A stretch of DNA of 64,000 bases. Origin: Malacoraja senta (taxonomy: Eukaryota). The notes under the pieces are model-generated. The model did not search any database, was not told the DNA's origin, and saw only the letters and a program-made list of their open reading frames with translations. Positions 23,042 through 36,835 of the stretch are shown piece after piece. The stretch is taken from assembly GCA_038087875.1 (NCBI GenBank), contig CM076002.1:558001-622000 (forward strand), in the 5' to 3' direction. Both the position numbers and the translations under genes were made by a program. Position 1 is the stretch's first letter. Every line of letters starts with the position of its first letter.

Positions 23042-25887
23042 TAGAAACATAGAAAACATAGAAAATAGGTGCAGGAGAAGGCCATTCGGCCCATCGAGCC
23101 AGCACCGCCATTCATTGTGATCATGGCTGATCGTCCCCTATCAATAACCCGTGCCTGTTTTCTCCTCATATCCCTTGACTCCACTAGAACCTAGAGCTCT
23201 ATCTAACTCTCTCTTAAATCTATCCAGTGAGTTGGCCTCCACTGCCCTCTGTGGCAGGGAATTCCATAAATTCACAACTCTCTGGGTGAAAAGGTTTTTT
23301 CTCACCTCAGTCTTAAATGACTTCCCCTTTATTCTAAGACTGTTGTCCCTGGTTCTGGACTCGCCCAACATTGGAACATTTTTCCTGCATCTAGCTGGTC
23401 CAGTCCTTTTATAATTTTATATGTTTCTCTAAGATTCCCCCTCATCCTTCTAAACTCCAGTGAATACAAGCCTAGTCTTTTCAATCTTTCCTCATATGAC
23501 AGTCCCGCCATCCCAGGGATCAATCTCGTGAACCTACGCTGCACTGCCTCAATCACAAGGATGACCTTCCTCAAATTAGGGGACCAAAACTGTGCACAAT
23601 ACTCCAGATGTGGTCTCACCAGAGCCCAATACAACTGCAGAAGAACCTCTTTACTCCTATACTGAAATCCTCTTGTTATGAAGGCCAACATTCCATTAGC
23701 TTTCTTCACTGCCTGCTGTATCTGTAAGCCAACTTTCAGTGACCGGTGTACAAGGACGCCCAGGTCTCGCTGCACCTCCCCCTTACCTAACCTAACCCCA
23801 TTGAGATAATAATCTGCCCACTTGTTTTTGCCGCCAAAGTGGATAACCTCACATTTATCTATATTATACTGCATCTGCCATGCATCTGCCCACTCACTCA
23901 ACCTGTCCAGGTCACCCTGCAACCTCCTAACATCCTCTTCACAGTTCACACTGCCACCCAGCTTTGTGTCATCTGCAAACTTGCTAGTGTTGCTCCTAAT
24001 TCCCTCTTCCAAATCATTAATATATATGGTAAACTGTTGTGGCCCCAACACCGAGCCTTGCGGCACTCCACTCGCCACTGCCTGCCATTCTGAAAAGGAC
24101 CCGTTCACTCCTATCTTTGCTTCCGGTCTGCCAACCAATTTTCTATCCATGCCAACACCCTACCCCAATACCATGTGCTCTAATTTTAGTCACCAGTCTC
24201 CCGTGCGGGACCTCATCAAAGGCTTTCTGAAAGTCTAGATACACTACATCCACTGGCACCCCTTCATCCATTTTACTTGTCAAATCCTCAAAAAATTCCA
24301 GAAGATTAGTTAAGCATGATTTCCCTTTCATAAATCCATGTTGACTTGGACTAATCCTTTTACTGCTATCCAAATGCCCCATTATTACCTCTTTAATAAT
24401 TGACTCCAGCATCTTTCCCACCACCGGTCAGGCTAATAGGTCTGTAATTCCCCGTTTTCTCTCTCGCTCCTTTCTTGAAAAGTGGGATAACATTAGCTAT
24501 CCTCCAATCCACTATTGAACATTGGAAAATGATCACCAATGCGTCCACTATTTCTAGAGCCACCTCCCTGAGGACCCTGGGATGCAGACCATCAGGCCCA
24601 GTGGATTTATCATCCTTCAGTCCCATTAGCATACCCAATACTATTTCTCACCTAATGAAAATTCCTTTCAGTTCCTCTACCCCCTTAGATCCTCTGTCCT
24701 CCAGTACATCTGGGAGATTGTGTCTTCCTGAGTGAAGACAGATCCAAAGTACCTATTCAACTCTTCTGCCATTTCCTTGTTCCCCATAATAATTTCACCC
24801 GTGTCTGCCTTCAAGGAACCCACATTTGACTTTGCTACTCTTTTTCCTTTAACATATCTAAAAAAAGCTTTTACTGTCCTTCTTTATATTCCTGGCCAGC
24901 TTCCCTTCGTACTTCATCTTTTCTGCCCGTTTTGTTTCCTTCTGTTGTCCTATCAAAGTTTCCCAATCCTCTGGCTTCCGGCTACTCTTTGCTGTGTTAT
25001 ACATCTTTTCTTTTAGTTTTATTCTATCCCTAACTTCTCTTGTCCGCCACGGTTGCCTCCTACTCCCCTTAGAATCTTTCTTCCTTTTTGGAATGAAATG
25101 ATCCTGCGTCTTCCGGATTATGCCCAGAAATTCCTGCCATTGTTGTTCCACGGTCATTCCTGCTTGGATCCCTTTGGCCAGTTCCCCTCTCATGCCTTCA
25201 TAATCCCCTTTGTTCAACTGCATCACTGACACTTCCGATTTAACCTTCTCCTTCTCAAATTGCAGATTAAAACTAATCATATTATGATCACCACCTCCGA
25301 GCGGTTCCTTTACCTCGAGTTCTCTTATCATATCTGGTTCATTGGACAACACTAAATCCAGAATTGCCTTTTCTCTGGTCGGCTCCATTAAAATCTACTC
25401 TAAGAATCCATCTCGGAGGCATTCTACAAACTCTCTTTCTTGGGGTCCTGAACCAACCTGATTTTCCCAGTCTAACTGCATATAGAAATCCCCCATCACT
25501 ACAGTGGCATTACCTTTGTTACATGCCAGTTTTAACTCCTGCTGCAACTTACACCCTACATCCGGGCTACCATTTGGGGGCCTGTAGATAACACCGATTA
25601 GTGTCTTCTTGCCTTTACAATTCCTCAACTCAATCCACAGTGATTCTACCTCGTCAGTCCCTATGTCTTCCCTCGCAAGGGACTGAAGTCCATCCCTCAC
25701 GAGCAGAGCTACCCCCCCCCTCCTCTGCCCACCTGCCTGTCCTTTCTATAGGATGTATAACCCTGAATATTAAGTTCCCAGGCCCGATCCTCCTGCAGCC
25801 ACGTCTCAGTAATCCCCACAATGTCATATCTACCAACCTCTAACTGAGCCTCAAGCTCATCTACTTTACTTCTTATACTTCGCGCAT
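23042..25887 (-). mobile_element. CR1 with nearly complete but frameshifted ORF2
   Basis: Consecutive ORFs 25709-25933, 25395-25700, 24858-25388, 24393-24638, 24143-24424, 23329-24150 and 23141-23371; tail at 23042-23065. Confidence 0.92.
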
Positions 25888-25889
25888 AC

Positions 25890-27295
25890 TTGGCTTTAAC
25901 TACCTCAAAGAACTCCAGCAGATTCGTCAGCAAGATCTTCCCTTCACAAAACTATGCTGACTTTGGCCTATTTTATCGTGAAAATCCAACTACTGCATAA
26001 CCCCATCCTTAAAAATTGACTCTAAAATCTTACTAACCACCGAAGTCAGGCTAACCGGCCTATAGTTTCCGCTCTTCTGCTTTGCTCCCTTTCTTGTACA
26101 GCGGGCTGATATTCACAATTACACAATCTTCAGGAACCACTCCTAACTCTAGTGATTCTTGAAATATCACAACTACTACCTCCACAATCTCTGAGGCCAC
26201 ATCCTTCAGAACCCTGGGGTGCAGTCCACCCTCAGACCTTTCAATTTCCTCGCACCTTCTCCTTAGTACTGCCACTGCACTAACTTCCACCCCCTGATTC
26301 TCTAGGATTGCAGGCACACTGCTGGTGTCTTCCACTGATGATTTCCACTTTGAGGATATTAGCTAAAAGGAGAGTTTGGACAGACTAGGATTGTTTTCTC
26401 TGGTGCATCAGAAGCTGAGGGGAGACCTGATAAAAGTAAATAAAATGATGAGAGACATAGAAGTTAGACAGTCAGAATCTTTTTCCCTGGGGTGGATATT
26501 TCAAAGACTAGAGGACAAAGGTTTAAGGTTAGAGGGGCAAAGCATAAAGGAGATGTGTGGGACATTAATTACTCAGGTGGTGTGTGTGCCTGGAAAGTGC
26601 TACAAAGGCTGCTAGTGGAGGCAGCAATGATAGTAGCATTTAGAGGCTGTTAGATAGGCATATGCAGGGAATGGATGGATATGGATTATGTGCAGGCAGC
26701 TGAGATTTGTTTATCTTGCCATCATGTACAGCATAAACAATGTGGGCCGAAGGTCCTGTTCCTGTGCTGTAGTGGTGTATGTTCTATGTGCAGCAGAGTC
26801 AGCTGTAACGCTACAGATGTGCCACATGTGTGTTTTCCCCTTTGAGAGACCACAACCATGCAATAACCAGCATGGTATATCTGTTTGAGACAAGGATGGC
26901 CATGAGGGAGGGACTCCTGCACAACCTGGTTTATGGGGGGAGCTGAGAAATAATGAGGAGATGATTATCTCGTTGAAGCCGTTCTATAGGCCTCCAAATA
27001 GGCAACAGGAATTAGAGGAACAAATATGGCAGGAGATTGTGGAGAGTTGTATAAACAGCAGACTGGCCATAATAGGATATTTTAACTTTCTTAATACAGA
27101 CTAGGACTACCAAAGTGTTAAGGGCATCGATGGGTGGAAATGATGAGTGTGTTCAGGAACTGCATTCATGTACTGCATAGATGATCTACTATGGAGAGAG
27201 CCAAGCTTGATCTACTCTAGTGAAATAGGGCAGGGCAAGTGACGGAGATGTCACAGGGGAAGCACTTTGGGACCAGTGGCCATAGTTCTATTCTT
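25890..27295. mobile_element. Mosaic of old CR1 fragments on both strands
   Basis: LHPRVLKDVASEI (-), LGLFSL...RGDLI (+), decayed endonuclease segment (+). Confidence 0.7.
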
Positions 27296-27299
27296 GGTC

Positions 27300-27860
27300 G
27301 GCATAGGTTAGTGTAGGACCAGGGAGATGGCATCAGCCATGGATCTGTTGTGGTGGTTGGTGAACTGCAGTGGATCAAGGTTCTTGGTAGGCTGGATTTA
27401 ATCTGTACCGTAACCATCATCTCAAAGCACTTCATGATGGTGCATGTCACGGCCACTGGACGGTAATCATTAAGGCATGAGATCTTGCCTTTCTTTGGCC
27501 TGGATGATAGTGGTCTTCATGAAGCAGACGGGAACCTCAGAAATGTGTTGGAGAGATTAGAAGATGTTGGTGAACCCTCCCGCTAGCTGGTCCATGCAGT
27601 TCCTAAGGACATGGTCAGGGACTCCATCCGGGCCACTTGCTTTCCGTGGGTTCACCTGATCTTACTTCACCAACAGTGACAGTGGGAAAAGGCATACTTG
27701 GGTCTGGTGGGGTGGATGTCCTGACCTGTTGGATTTCTGCTTAAAGCGAACATAGAATGCATGTTCATCACGGAGGGCCACGCTGTCACCAGCGATGATG
27801 CCTGGCTTTGCTTTATAGCCCGTTATAGTATTCAGTCCTTGCCACAGATGGCTTTGCAAA
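27300..27860 (-). mobile_element. Decayed Rex1/Babar LINE RT fragment
   Basis: LWQGLNTITGYK and (YRP)VAVTCTIMKCFE motifs in ORFs 27662-27859 and 27217-27456. Confidence 0.7.
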
Positions 27861-29090
27861 GATCATAGCACGATTTATTGTACCGCTCAGGATTGTTTGA
27901 CTTATACACAGCAGTCTTGTCCTTCACCTGGGAATGTATGCATCAGGTAAGTTACTGGAGGGGATTCTGACGGAGAGGATATACCAACATTTAGAAAAAC
28001 AGAGGTTTGTAGAAAAACCTGAGGGGCAATGTTTTCACTCAAAGGGTGGTAAGTATATGGAATAGGCTGCTAGAGGAGGCAGCTGAGGCAGGTATTATAA
28101 CAGCATTAAAAACATAACCTTGGACAGGTACATGGATAGGATGGGTTTAGAGGGATAATGGGCCAGAAGTAGGCAAATGGGATTGACATAGATTGAGCAT
28201 CTTGGTCGGCATGGATGGATTGGGCAGAAGGTCCTGTTTCCGTGCTGTATGTTCGTGACTCTTTGTTCCCTTCTTGGGTTGGACTATCCACATACTGTTT
28301 CAAGAAACCTCGTGTACAACTAACAAATTCTGCCGAGGCAAAGCCTTTGGCACTGAGCAAATCCCAATCATTGTTGGCAAAGTTAAAGTTGCCCACGAAG
28401 ACAAACCTGTTGCCAAATGTGCCGCTATTACAAATTTTATAATTAACTCCAGCACCTTCCCCACCACCGAAGTCAGGCTAACTGGTCTATAATTCCCTGC
28501 TTTCTCTCCCCCTCCTTTCTTAAAAAGTGGGATAACATTAGTTACCCTCCAATCCACAGTAACTGATCCAGAATTTGTAGAACATTTAAAAATGAACACC
28601 AATGCGTCCACAATTTCTTGAGCCATCTTGAGCACCCTGGGATGCAGACCATCAGACAATAGACGCAGGAGTAGGCCATTTGGCGCTTCGAGCCAGCACC
28701 GCCATTCAATGTGATCATGCTGATCATCCCCAATCAGTACCCCGTCCTGCCTTCTCCCCATATCCCCCTATTTTTAAGAGCCCTATCTAGCTCTCTCTTG
28801 AAACCATTCAGAGAACCTGCCTCCACCGCCCTCTGAGGCAGAGAATTCCACAGACTCGCCACTCTCTGTGAGAAAAAGTGTTTCCTCGTCTCCGTTCTAA
28901 ATGGCTTACTCCTTATTCTTAAATCAGACCCTGGGGATTTTCAGCCTTCAGTCCCATCAGTCTACCCAACACCATTTCCTGACTAACGTGAATTTCCTTC
29001 AGTTCCTCTGGCACCCTAGATCCTCTGTCTCCTAGTACGTCCGGGAGATTGTTTGTGTCATCCTTAATGAAGACAGAACCAAAGTACCTG

Positions 29091-32000
29091 TTTTACTTCG
29101 GAGTCACGTGTGTGACTACGTGAAGAAGACCCGTCAGGGCGCCTGCGCATCATTATGTCAGACTCATTGGCGCGAACGGACGTGATGTAGTTTTGAACTA
29201 CAAGGTAAGAAAAACATTTTTCAGAAGTTTCCGGGTCCGTTTGCTGTGGGTCTGTGGGGATTTTTTCCACAGGCACCATGGAAAAAACGGGCAAGGGGAA
29301 GAGGCGAGTGGCAAAGCCGGTGGAAAGTCGCAAGATTGCGGTCGGCGAAGAGCTGCCTCAGACCCCTGTACAGTCGCCGGCTGGGAGCGTAGTGACTGTG
29401 GACTTGGGTCTTAAAAGAATACAGTCAGCGCCAGTGGGGCGCAAGGCTAAGTTCAAGTCCGTCAGGCCCACGGAGGAGGAGTTCGATCAGGAGGATTCGA
29501 CTCCAGGGCTGGATACCGCTGTTGAGCGGATTTCTCAAATGGAGAGCCTGTTGTACAGGTTACTCAAGCAAAGCACACTCAGGGAAGAGTGTAGCTAAAT
29601 CCAGGCTCCAGAAGCCAGGTCAGCAGCACCTAGCAAAGGGCTGTTTGAGAGCACCCTCATTGATGAGGCGCGTGCACAGGGTCAGCAGAGTTTTCCGATA
29701 CAAGCGAAGATGGCAGCTGCCAGATGTTCTATTTCTGGCAGTACGATTCGCTGCTCTGTGAGAGTTCTGACCCTGAGTCTGACGGTGAGGCCGATACAAG
29801 CGAAGGTGGCAGCTGCCAGATGTTCTACTCCTGGCAGTATGATTCGCTACCCCTTCAGAGTCAGGAGAGCCACTGGGAGAGGAAGTGGCCTCTATGATCA
29901 ACTATTGTGTCTTCCATCATCTCCAGTAGCTTATGATGGATAAAAATGCCAAAAAAGCACGAGACCCCAAGGAACTGCATATTGCTGAAAGTACTAGCAG
30001 TGAACCAAGATATAAGGGGTCAGATGGGCGAGGGCATGTGAGCCTAAGAAAAGTAAACTGTAAAGCTGCTGGGTTGAGGAACAACTGCATTTTTGCAAGA
30101 ACAATGGATGGAGCCCAGGGATGGAGATGCATCAAGTGGCACTAGGGTTGCTATGTAGCGCCCACTTTGAGATGAATTGGTTCAGGAAGTATGCCATTCG
30201 GCCCACCATCAACCCCAAGTTGCAGCAATTCTGTAAAGCCCAGCAATGTGCAGTCACTCAACTTACTTCAGAGAAAAACCTCACGAAACGTGGGAAAGAG
30301 TTGGATGATGAGGCAAAAACAGCAAGGTTGATCAAAACATCGATGGTCGGCAAGTCTGTGAAGAGGAGGTATCCTTTCAGACATCATACAGAATCCTGGG
30401 CCTACACCAGGAACAAGTCGATCATTGAAATGGGGGCGCAGTTGGCGTCCTGCAGGCGGGAACACGAAAAAGCATGGGTTTTCCTGCCAGGAGCCAGGGA
30501 CCACAGGTCACTCAGGTGACAAAGGAGGTAGGTGGACCTGGGTCTCATGGGAACATATTAAGGCAAAAACAGCCAAATATTGGAAGCAAATTATTTCAGA
30601 TTTATCATTCTGAGTATTATTCAAAGGTTTCGAATTGATTCGATCCAAATAGTGATTTGCCATCCAGCATGTTCCTAGCAAAACACTCAAATTTCACAAA
30701 AAGAAGTGATGGAGGTTCAAGCTGAATTTGAAAACTTGCCTATAAAACAAGTAATTATCAAAACCACCAAATTGTTTAAATTTTCTCGACCTAAGAAGGT
30801 GAGTATTTTAGATCTGACAAGTCTTTAAAATGTTGTGAAGCATAGACACTTAAAAATGGAGACTTTGAGACTGCCAAACAACTTATTTCAAAAGATGTTA
30901 TATGGCACCTATAGATCTGAAAGATGTATATTATTTAGTGCCTGTTCATTTGTAAGATAAAAATATTTGAAATTTATCTGAATGAACAATTATGGCAATT
31001 CAAAGTTCTGTCTAATGGGTTAACTTCAGTTCCTAGAATTTCACTAAATTGGTAAAACCAATTTTGGGGGCTAATTAGAGCCCAAGGACAGATGTTGATG
31101 GCTTAGCTGGATTGATTCAATTGACATGGTAGTAATTTTACCCAGGGTAAAGGGTAGAGCTGATTGAAGGTTGCATTAAGCTGTTGAAAAGCAACAATCT
31201 TCAATTAAGACAGGTGGCCAGCTTGCTAGAAAAATTAGTGTTATTTCCAGCAATACAATATGGGCCATTGTACTATCAGCAGCTACAGACAGCAAAAAGA
31301 AAAGGCACTAAGATGCATGGTGGCCATTTTTGATAGGCCATTAAGTTAAACAACAAATGCTGCTTCTGATTTGCAGTGGTGGAATTAACATGTCTCCAGT
31401 AGTTTGATCAAGATACTGATTGAACAGCCTTCAATGGTCTTACAGACTGATGTCAGTGCACTAGGATTGGTGCCACTGAAATGGTATCCATCTGTGGACA
31501 GATGGAATATGGAAGAGGCATTATTTTTTGCAGACATGGAGAATCAACATTTTACAGCTGTTGGAAGGCTTATGAGCTCCAATCTTGTTGTTAATACAAC
31601 TAATCTGCATGTTCAAATTAACAATACTACAGCAATACTACTAAGTCGGTGTCATGTGACAAATTGGCTAATCAAATCTGGACTTGGTGTGTTGACAAAT
31701 ATTTGGTTTCAGCTATTTATCTACCAGGTAGATTCAATATAGTAGCAGACACCAGGGTACGGGAATTTCTGTGATAACAAAGAATGGATGTTGAATCTTA
31801 AGATTTTAAATGATATAGTAGTCAGATTTGGGAAGCCAGATACGACTTGTTTCCATCCAGACTCAATCACCAGTTACTGAGATATGTGTTATGGGAACTA
31901 CATCGGGAGACAGTAGTGATTGATGTTTTCTCGCTACATTAGGGTGGTATGTTTTTTATATGCATTTTCCATAATTCTGCTTAAAAAGAAGCAGGATGCT

Positions 32001-33665
32001 GTCTCTGGGGTACTGGTGGTACCGGACTGGTCTACGCAGCCATGGTTCCCTTTGATATTGGAATTAATGACACAGTTTCTGATAAAGGTTCCCAAAAGAA
32101 GGGATTTACTGGTGTATCCGATAATTGGAGAGTAACATCCGTTATATGCCTGTATGGATTTGTTAATTTGCAGGTTTTAAAAAGAGGATTGTCTAGGCAT
32201 ACTGTGGACATGCTTACAGCAGTCTGGCAGAAGAGTACTCAAAAGCAATACATTTGCGAATCTGAGGTTGTGACTATAAATGCTGCTTTCCCATTATGTA
32301 AAGAATGAGAAAGAATTTCTGTGTACAAAAGAATATTGAATGTTGTACGGCACATGTCTCAAATGTTTTAGGTTTTCTCGACACTCTATTATGAGGGGTT
32401 GGGTTCTAGTGCGATTTATTCAGCCAGAGGTACATTGTCCTAGTTTTTTATTGATGGGGTCGGAAAGACATCCTGTTGAGTCTCGTTCTTTCGTTTCCAG
32501 ATTAATGAAAGGAATTTTAATTCAAGACCTACTAAACCTAGGTATGGCAATCTGGAATATAGAGTGGTTTTAAGCTACTTCATCAATGGACTCTTGGTAC
32601 GATTCTGATTTTGGCCAAATTCAGCATGAAGGTAGTCATGTTTATGGCATTTGTAACAAGAACAGAGAGTGCAGACATTACAAAAGTTACAGATATACAG
32701 GATGGAAGTACCTCAGGATAATGTTATGTTTTACATTTATGACCTACTCAAATGAAGTAGGATCAGGTGTGACAGGATTCAAGAGTGTTTATTAGCTTAT
32801 TCCATGAATCCATGTCTATGTGTTAAGACATATTTGTTGCAATACATTGAGGCTACAAAGGTCTTATGAAATATGAAAACAAGATTGTTTATCATTCATG
32901 AAAAACCATACAAGATAGTGTCAGTTCAGACTATTTCAAGATGGTTAAAACAAATCTTGGTTGCTGCAGGTGTTAACAGTGATGTTTTTACATCCCATTC
33001 GATTTAGCAGCAACATTGGCGGCCAGGGCGCAGGACGTCCCGTCGACCATATTCTCGCAGCCGCCGGGTGATCTAATAAGTTGGTGTTTCAACACTTTTA
33101 CCATCGGCCTATTGCCAATACGGGGCTGTTTACAGATACTATATTAAGTTCTGCTTAAATTCCCCTGGGTAAAGGGGATACTGTTAATTCTATTATTCAA
33201 ATAAATGAATTACTGCATTTGTCATACATATTAATGCATTATTGATTATTTCTCGTTCCGAGTCAATCAATGCAGTGAGAAGCCGGGATTTGTATCTGCG
33301 GCATGAAATCACAAAGCTTTAAAATCTTCACGTAGTCACTCACGTGACTCCGAAGTAAAATAGTAAGATTAAACGAGAACTTACGAGTTTGAAGTTTGAT
33401 CTTTATTTTATGAGGAGTTACGTTGGTGATTACGTGCCCACCACGCCCAACCCTCTTTCATAAAGGTCAGATGAAGTTCTAAATTTACTCATTTTTACTA
33501 TGTTACTATATTACTTTGTTCTTGTTGTTTGTGATTTCACACCGCTGCTTTGAAGATTGATGCGCAGGCGCCCTGACGGATCTTCTTCACCTAATCACCA
33601 ACGTAACTCCTCATAAAATAAAGATCAAACTTCAAACTGGTAAGTTCTTGTTTAATCTTACTATT
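29091..33665 (+). mobile_element. DIRS1-type tyrosine-recombinase retrotransposon (copy 2, decayed, termini intact)
   Basis: Left end TTTTACTTCGGAGTCACG. ITR 29120-29151 is inverted at 33559-33590. ICR at 33325-33436 is complementary to the 5' end and to the 3' extension 33591-33665. Gag, RT, RNase H (LQTDVSALG), methyltransferase-like (DLFPSRLNHQL...YAF) and YR remnants. Confidence 0.92.
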
Positions 33666-33865
33666 CTACTCGTCTGCCATTTCCTTGTTCCCCATAATAA
33701 ACGTTTCTGTCTTCAAGGGACCCACATTTGTCTTAATTAATCTTTTCCTTTTCACATACCTTAAGAAGCTTTTACTGTTGTCCTTTATATTCTTGGCTAG
33801 CTTACCTTCGTACTTCATCTTTTCTCCCCTTATTGCCTTTTTAGTTATCTTTCTGTTGATCTTTA

Positions 33866-34780
33866 ATAGTTCAAGTTTATATTTATTGTCACATGTACCA
33901 ATTGGTACAGTGAAATTTGAGTTACCATACAGCCATACAAATAAAAAGAACACAATACATGATAGTGTTTAACATAAATATCCACCACATCGGAATCAAC
34001 ATTTCCCATTGTGATGGAAGGCAATAAAGTTCAGTCATCTTCCTCCTTAGAAACATAGAAAATAGGAGCAGGAGTAGGCCATTCGGCCCTTCGAGCCTGC
34101 ACCGCCATTCAATATGATCATGGCTGATCATCCAACTCGGTATCCTGTACCTGCCTTCTCTCCATACCCCCTGATCCCTTTAGCCACTCCTTTTTTTCAC
34201 CCGTGGTCAGGGCCTTTGAACCCTCCGCAGTCGCCGCTACTGACTGCATGATGGACAGGCCCTCTTACCGGATGATCGAAACCCCGGCGTCGGAACGGAT
34301 TGGAACACATTGGAGCCAAGCCGTGCTTGGAGATTCCGAAGTCCACAGGCCGAGCTGGACGGAGCTCCAACACTGGCGATCCCCGGCAAAAGATCCCAGG
34401 CCTCCGCAATGTGGAAGTCAGCACTGCCCGCAGACCACAGCTCCATGGTATTAAAGTCAGCAGGCCCAACACTCCGGAGCTCCAACACCCGCTCCTCAAT
34501 GATAATTCAGCGCTGCGCCCGCTGCTGAAGCTCTGGCCGGTCTACGGTAGGAAAGGCCGCGCCAATCCAGTTGGTAAGCCGTGAGGGGAGGAGGGGGGGA
34601 GAAGATGCATCTCAGTCCAGCTAAGTGAATGAGAAACGGTTTCCCCCTATTTCCACCACCCCCCTCCCACCACCCCCCACATAAGACATACGAAGAAACA
34701 CTTAAAACATACATTTACACACATTAAAATAACAAAAAGGGTGAAAGGACTAACAGCTGCTGGCGAGGCAGCCACCTCAG
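33866..34780 (-). mobile_element. Non-autonomous retroposon (L2/Rex-type 3' end) with a CR1 3' tip inserted at about 34048-34190
   Basis: Both ends resemble the + element at about 51095-51770 (gctgcctcgc..., actttattgccttccatca...). Confidence 0.6.
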
Positions 34781-35239
34781 ATTGAACTGTTACCCAATTC
34801 TCTGAGTTCCGCTCATCTTTGCTATGTTATACGTCTTCTCTTTTATTTTTATACTGTCCTTGACTGCCCTTGTCAGCCACGGTCGCCTCTTACTCCCCTT
34901 AGAATCTTTCTTCCTCTTTGGAATGAACTGATCCTGCATCTTCTGGGATTATTCCCAGAAATACCTGCCATTGCTGTTCCACCGTCATCCCTGCCAGGGT
35001 CCCTTTCTAGTCAACATTGGCCAGCTCCTCCCTCATGCCTCCATAATCCCCTTTGTTCAACTGACACTGACACTGATTTTATAATTTACCTCAAATTGGA
35101 GATTAAAAGTTATTATATTATGGTCACTAACTCCGAATGGCTCCTTTACCTCGAGTTCCCTTATCAAATCTGATTCATTAGACAACACTAAATCCAGAAT
35201 TGCCTTCTCCCTGGCAGGCTCCAGTACAAGCTGCTCTAA

Positions 35240-35845
35240 AGGCTCTGTCTTACCTGTTTGCGGTCATCGGCGGTGAAGCGCGGCGTAGCCGGTAGCGAGG
35301 ACCGCGGGGCAACGGCGAGAGCGTCGAGCCTATCCACCGGAGCGCCGCACGGATGTTGCGCGGGGGCCGAGTTAATTCAAACACGGCGGGTCCCACGTGC
35401 TTGCGGTAAGTAAAAAAAGGGCGGGCCGACTGCGATGACGTCGGCCCGCCGCACGTGACTCACCAGCGGCGGCCATCCTGATCGCGGCGCGGTGGCTGTG
35501 ACTGCGGCCGCACAGCACACGTGCCTCACTGGCGGCGGCACGTGCCTCACTGGCGGCGGCACGTGCCTCACTGGCGGAGGCTGTGGCAGAGGAGGTTTGA
35601 CGCACGGCGCTCAACCCACACTGGCGGCGGCCCGTGCGAGCGGCCGTGCACACTCGTGCATCACTGGTGGAGGTTGTGCGGTGAGTATTTAGTTTTGGAC
35701 AGTGTAGAATTTATTTTAGCACCGCGCGGTGTTGGGAACACTGACGCACGGCCCGGGAATTGTACTTTCTCACGAGTGCGCGGTCTATGGCGGCAGATTC
35801 TTCCCGTTTCGCCGCCATAGACCGCAGACTCGTGAGACAGGCCTT
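35240..35845. mobile_element. GC-rich PIF/Harbinger-like MITE
   Basis: TAA target duplication (35237-35239 / 35846-35848) in the CR1 site ctgctc-TAA-g; imperfect 26-bp TIRs; three copies of the 21-mer cacgtgcctcactggcggcgg at about 35518-35580. Confidence 0.8.
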
Positions 35846-36835
35846 TAAGGATCCATCTCGGAGGGACTATACAGACTCCCTTTCTTGGGGTCCAGTACCA
35901 ACTTGATTTTTCCAGTCTACCTGCATGTTGAAATCTCCCATAACAACCACAGCATTACATTTGCTACATGCCAATTTTAACTCCTGATTCAATTTGCACC
36001 CTATGTCCGGGTTACTATTTGGGGGCCTGTAGATTAGTCCCGTTAGGGTCTTTTTACCCTTACAATTCCGTAGTTCTTTCCATACTGACTCCACATCTCC
36101 TGTTTTGAGACGAGGAAACACTTTTTCTCACAGAGAGTGGTGAGTCTGTGGAATTCTCTGCCTCAGAGGGGGTGGAGGCAGGTTCTCTGGATGCTTTCAA
36201 GAGAGATCTAGATAGGGCTCTTAAAAATAGCAGAGTCAGGGGATATGGGGAGAAGGCAGGCACTGATTGGGTATGATCAGCCACGATTACATTGAATGGC
36301 GGTGCTGGCTCGAAGGGCCAAATGGCCTACTCCTGCACCTATTGTCTATTGTTTCAATGTCACCCCTTGCAAGGGACTGAATTCCATTCCTCACCAACAA
36401 GGCAACCCCACCCCCTCTGCCCATCTGTCTGTCTTTTCGATGGGAGATATACCCTTGAATATTCAGTTCCCAGCCCTGGCCCTCTTGCAGCCATGTCTCA
36501 GTAATTCCCACAACATCATACTTGCCAGTTTCTAACTGTGCCTCAAGCTCGTCCACTTTATTCCTTATACTTCGCGCATTCATATACAGCATTTTGACCG
36601 CCGTAATCACTTCCCCCCTCGCACCGCTCCCAATTGGCCCTGACCTTACTCTGTTGTCCCTTCTCGAGCTTTCCTTCCCATTAATTCGAGAATCTTTTGC
36701 AATTTTTCCTGTAGTCACTTCCACTTCAACTCCATATTTATACTCCCAATTTGTCAATCCGTCCCCCCTACTATTTAGTTTAAACCCACACGTGTAGCCC
36801 TAGCAAACTCTGCCTGCCAGAATGTCGGTCCCCCT

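Noticed and set aside
35372..35820. ORFs with repeated peptides (VPHWRRH, ASEARAA)
   Set aside because: Translations of the 21-bp repeat inside the second MITE.
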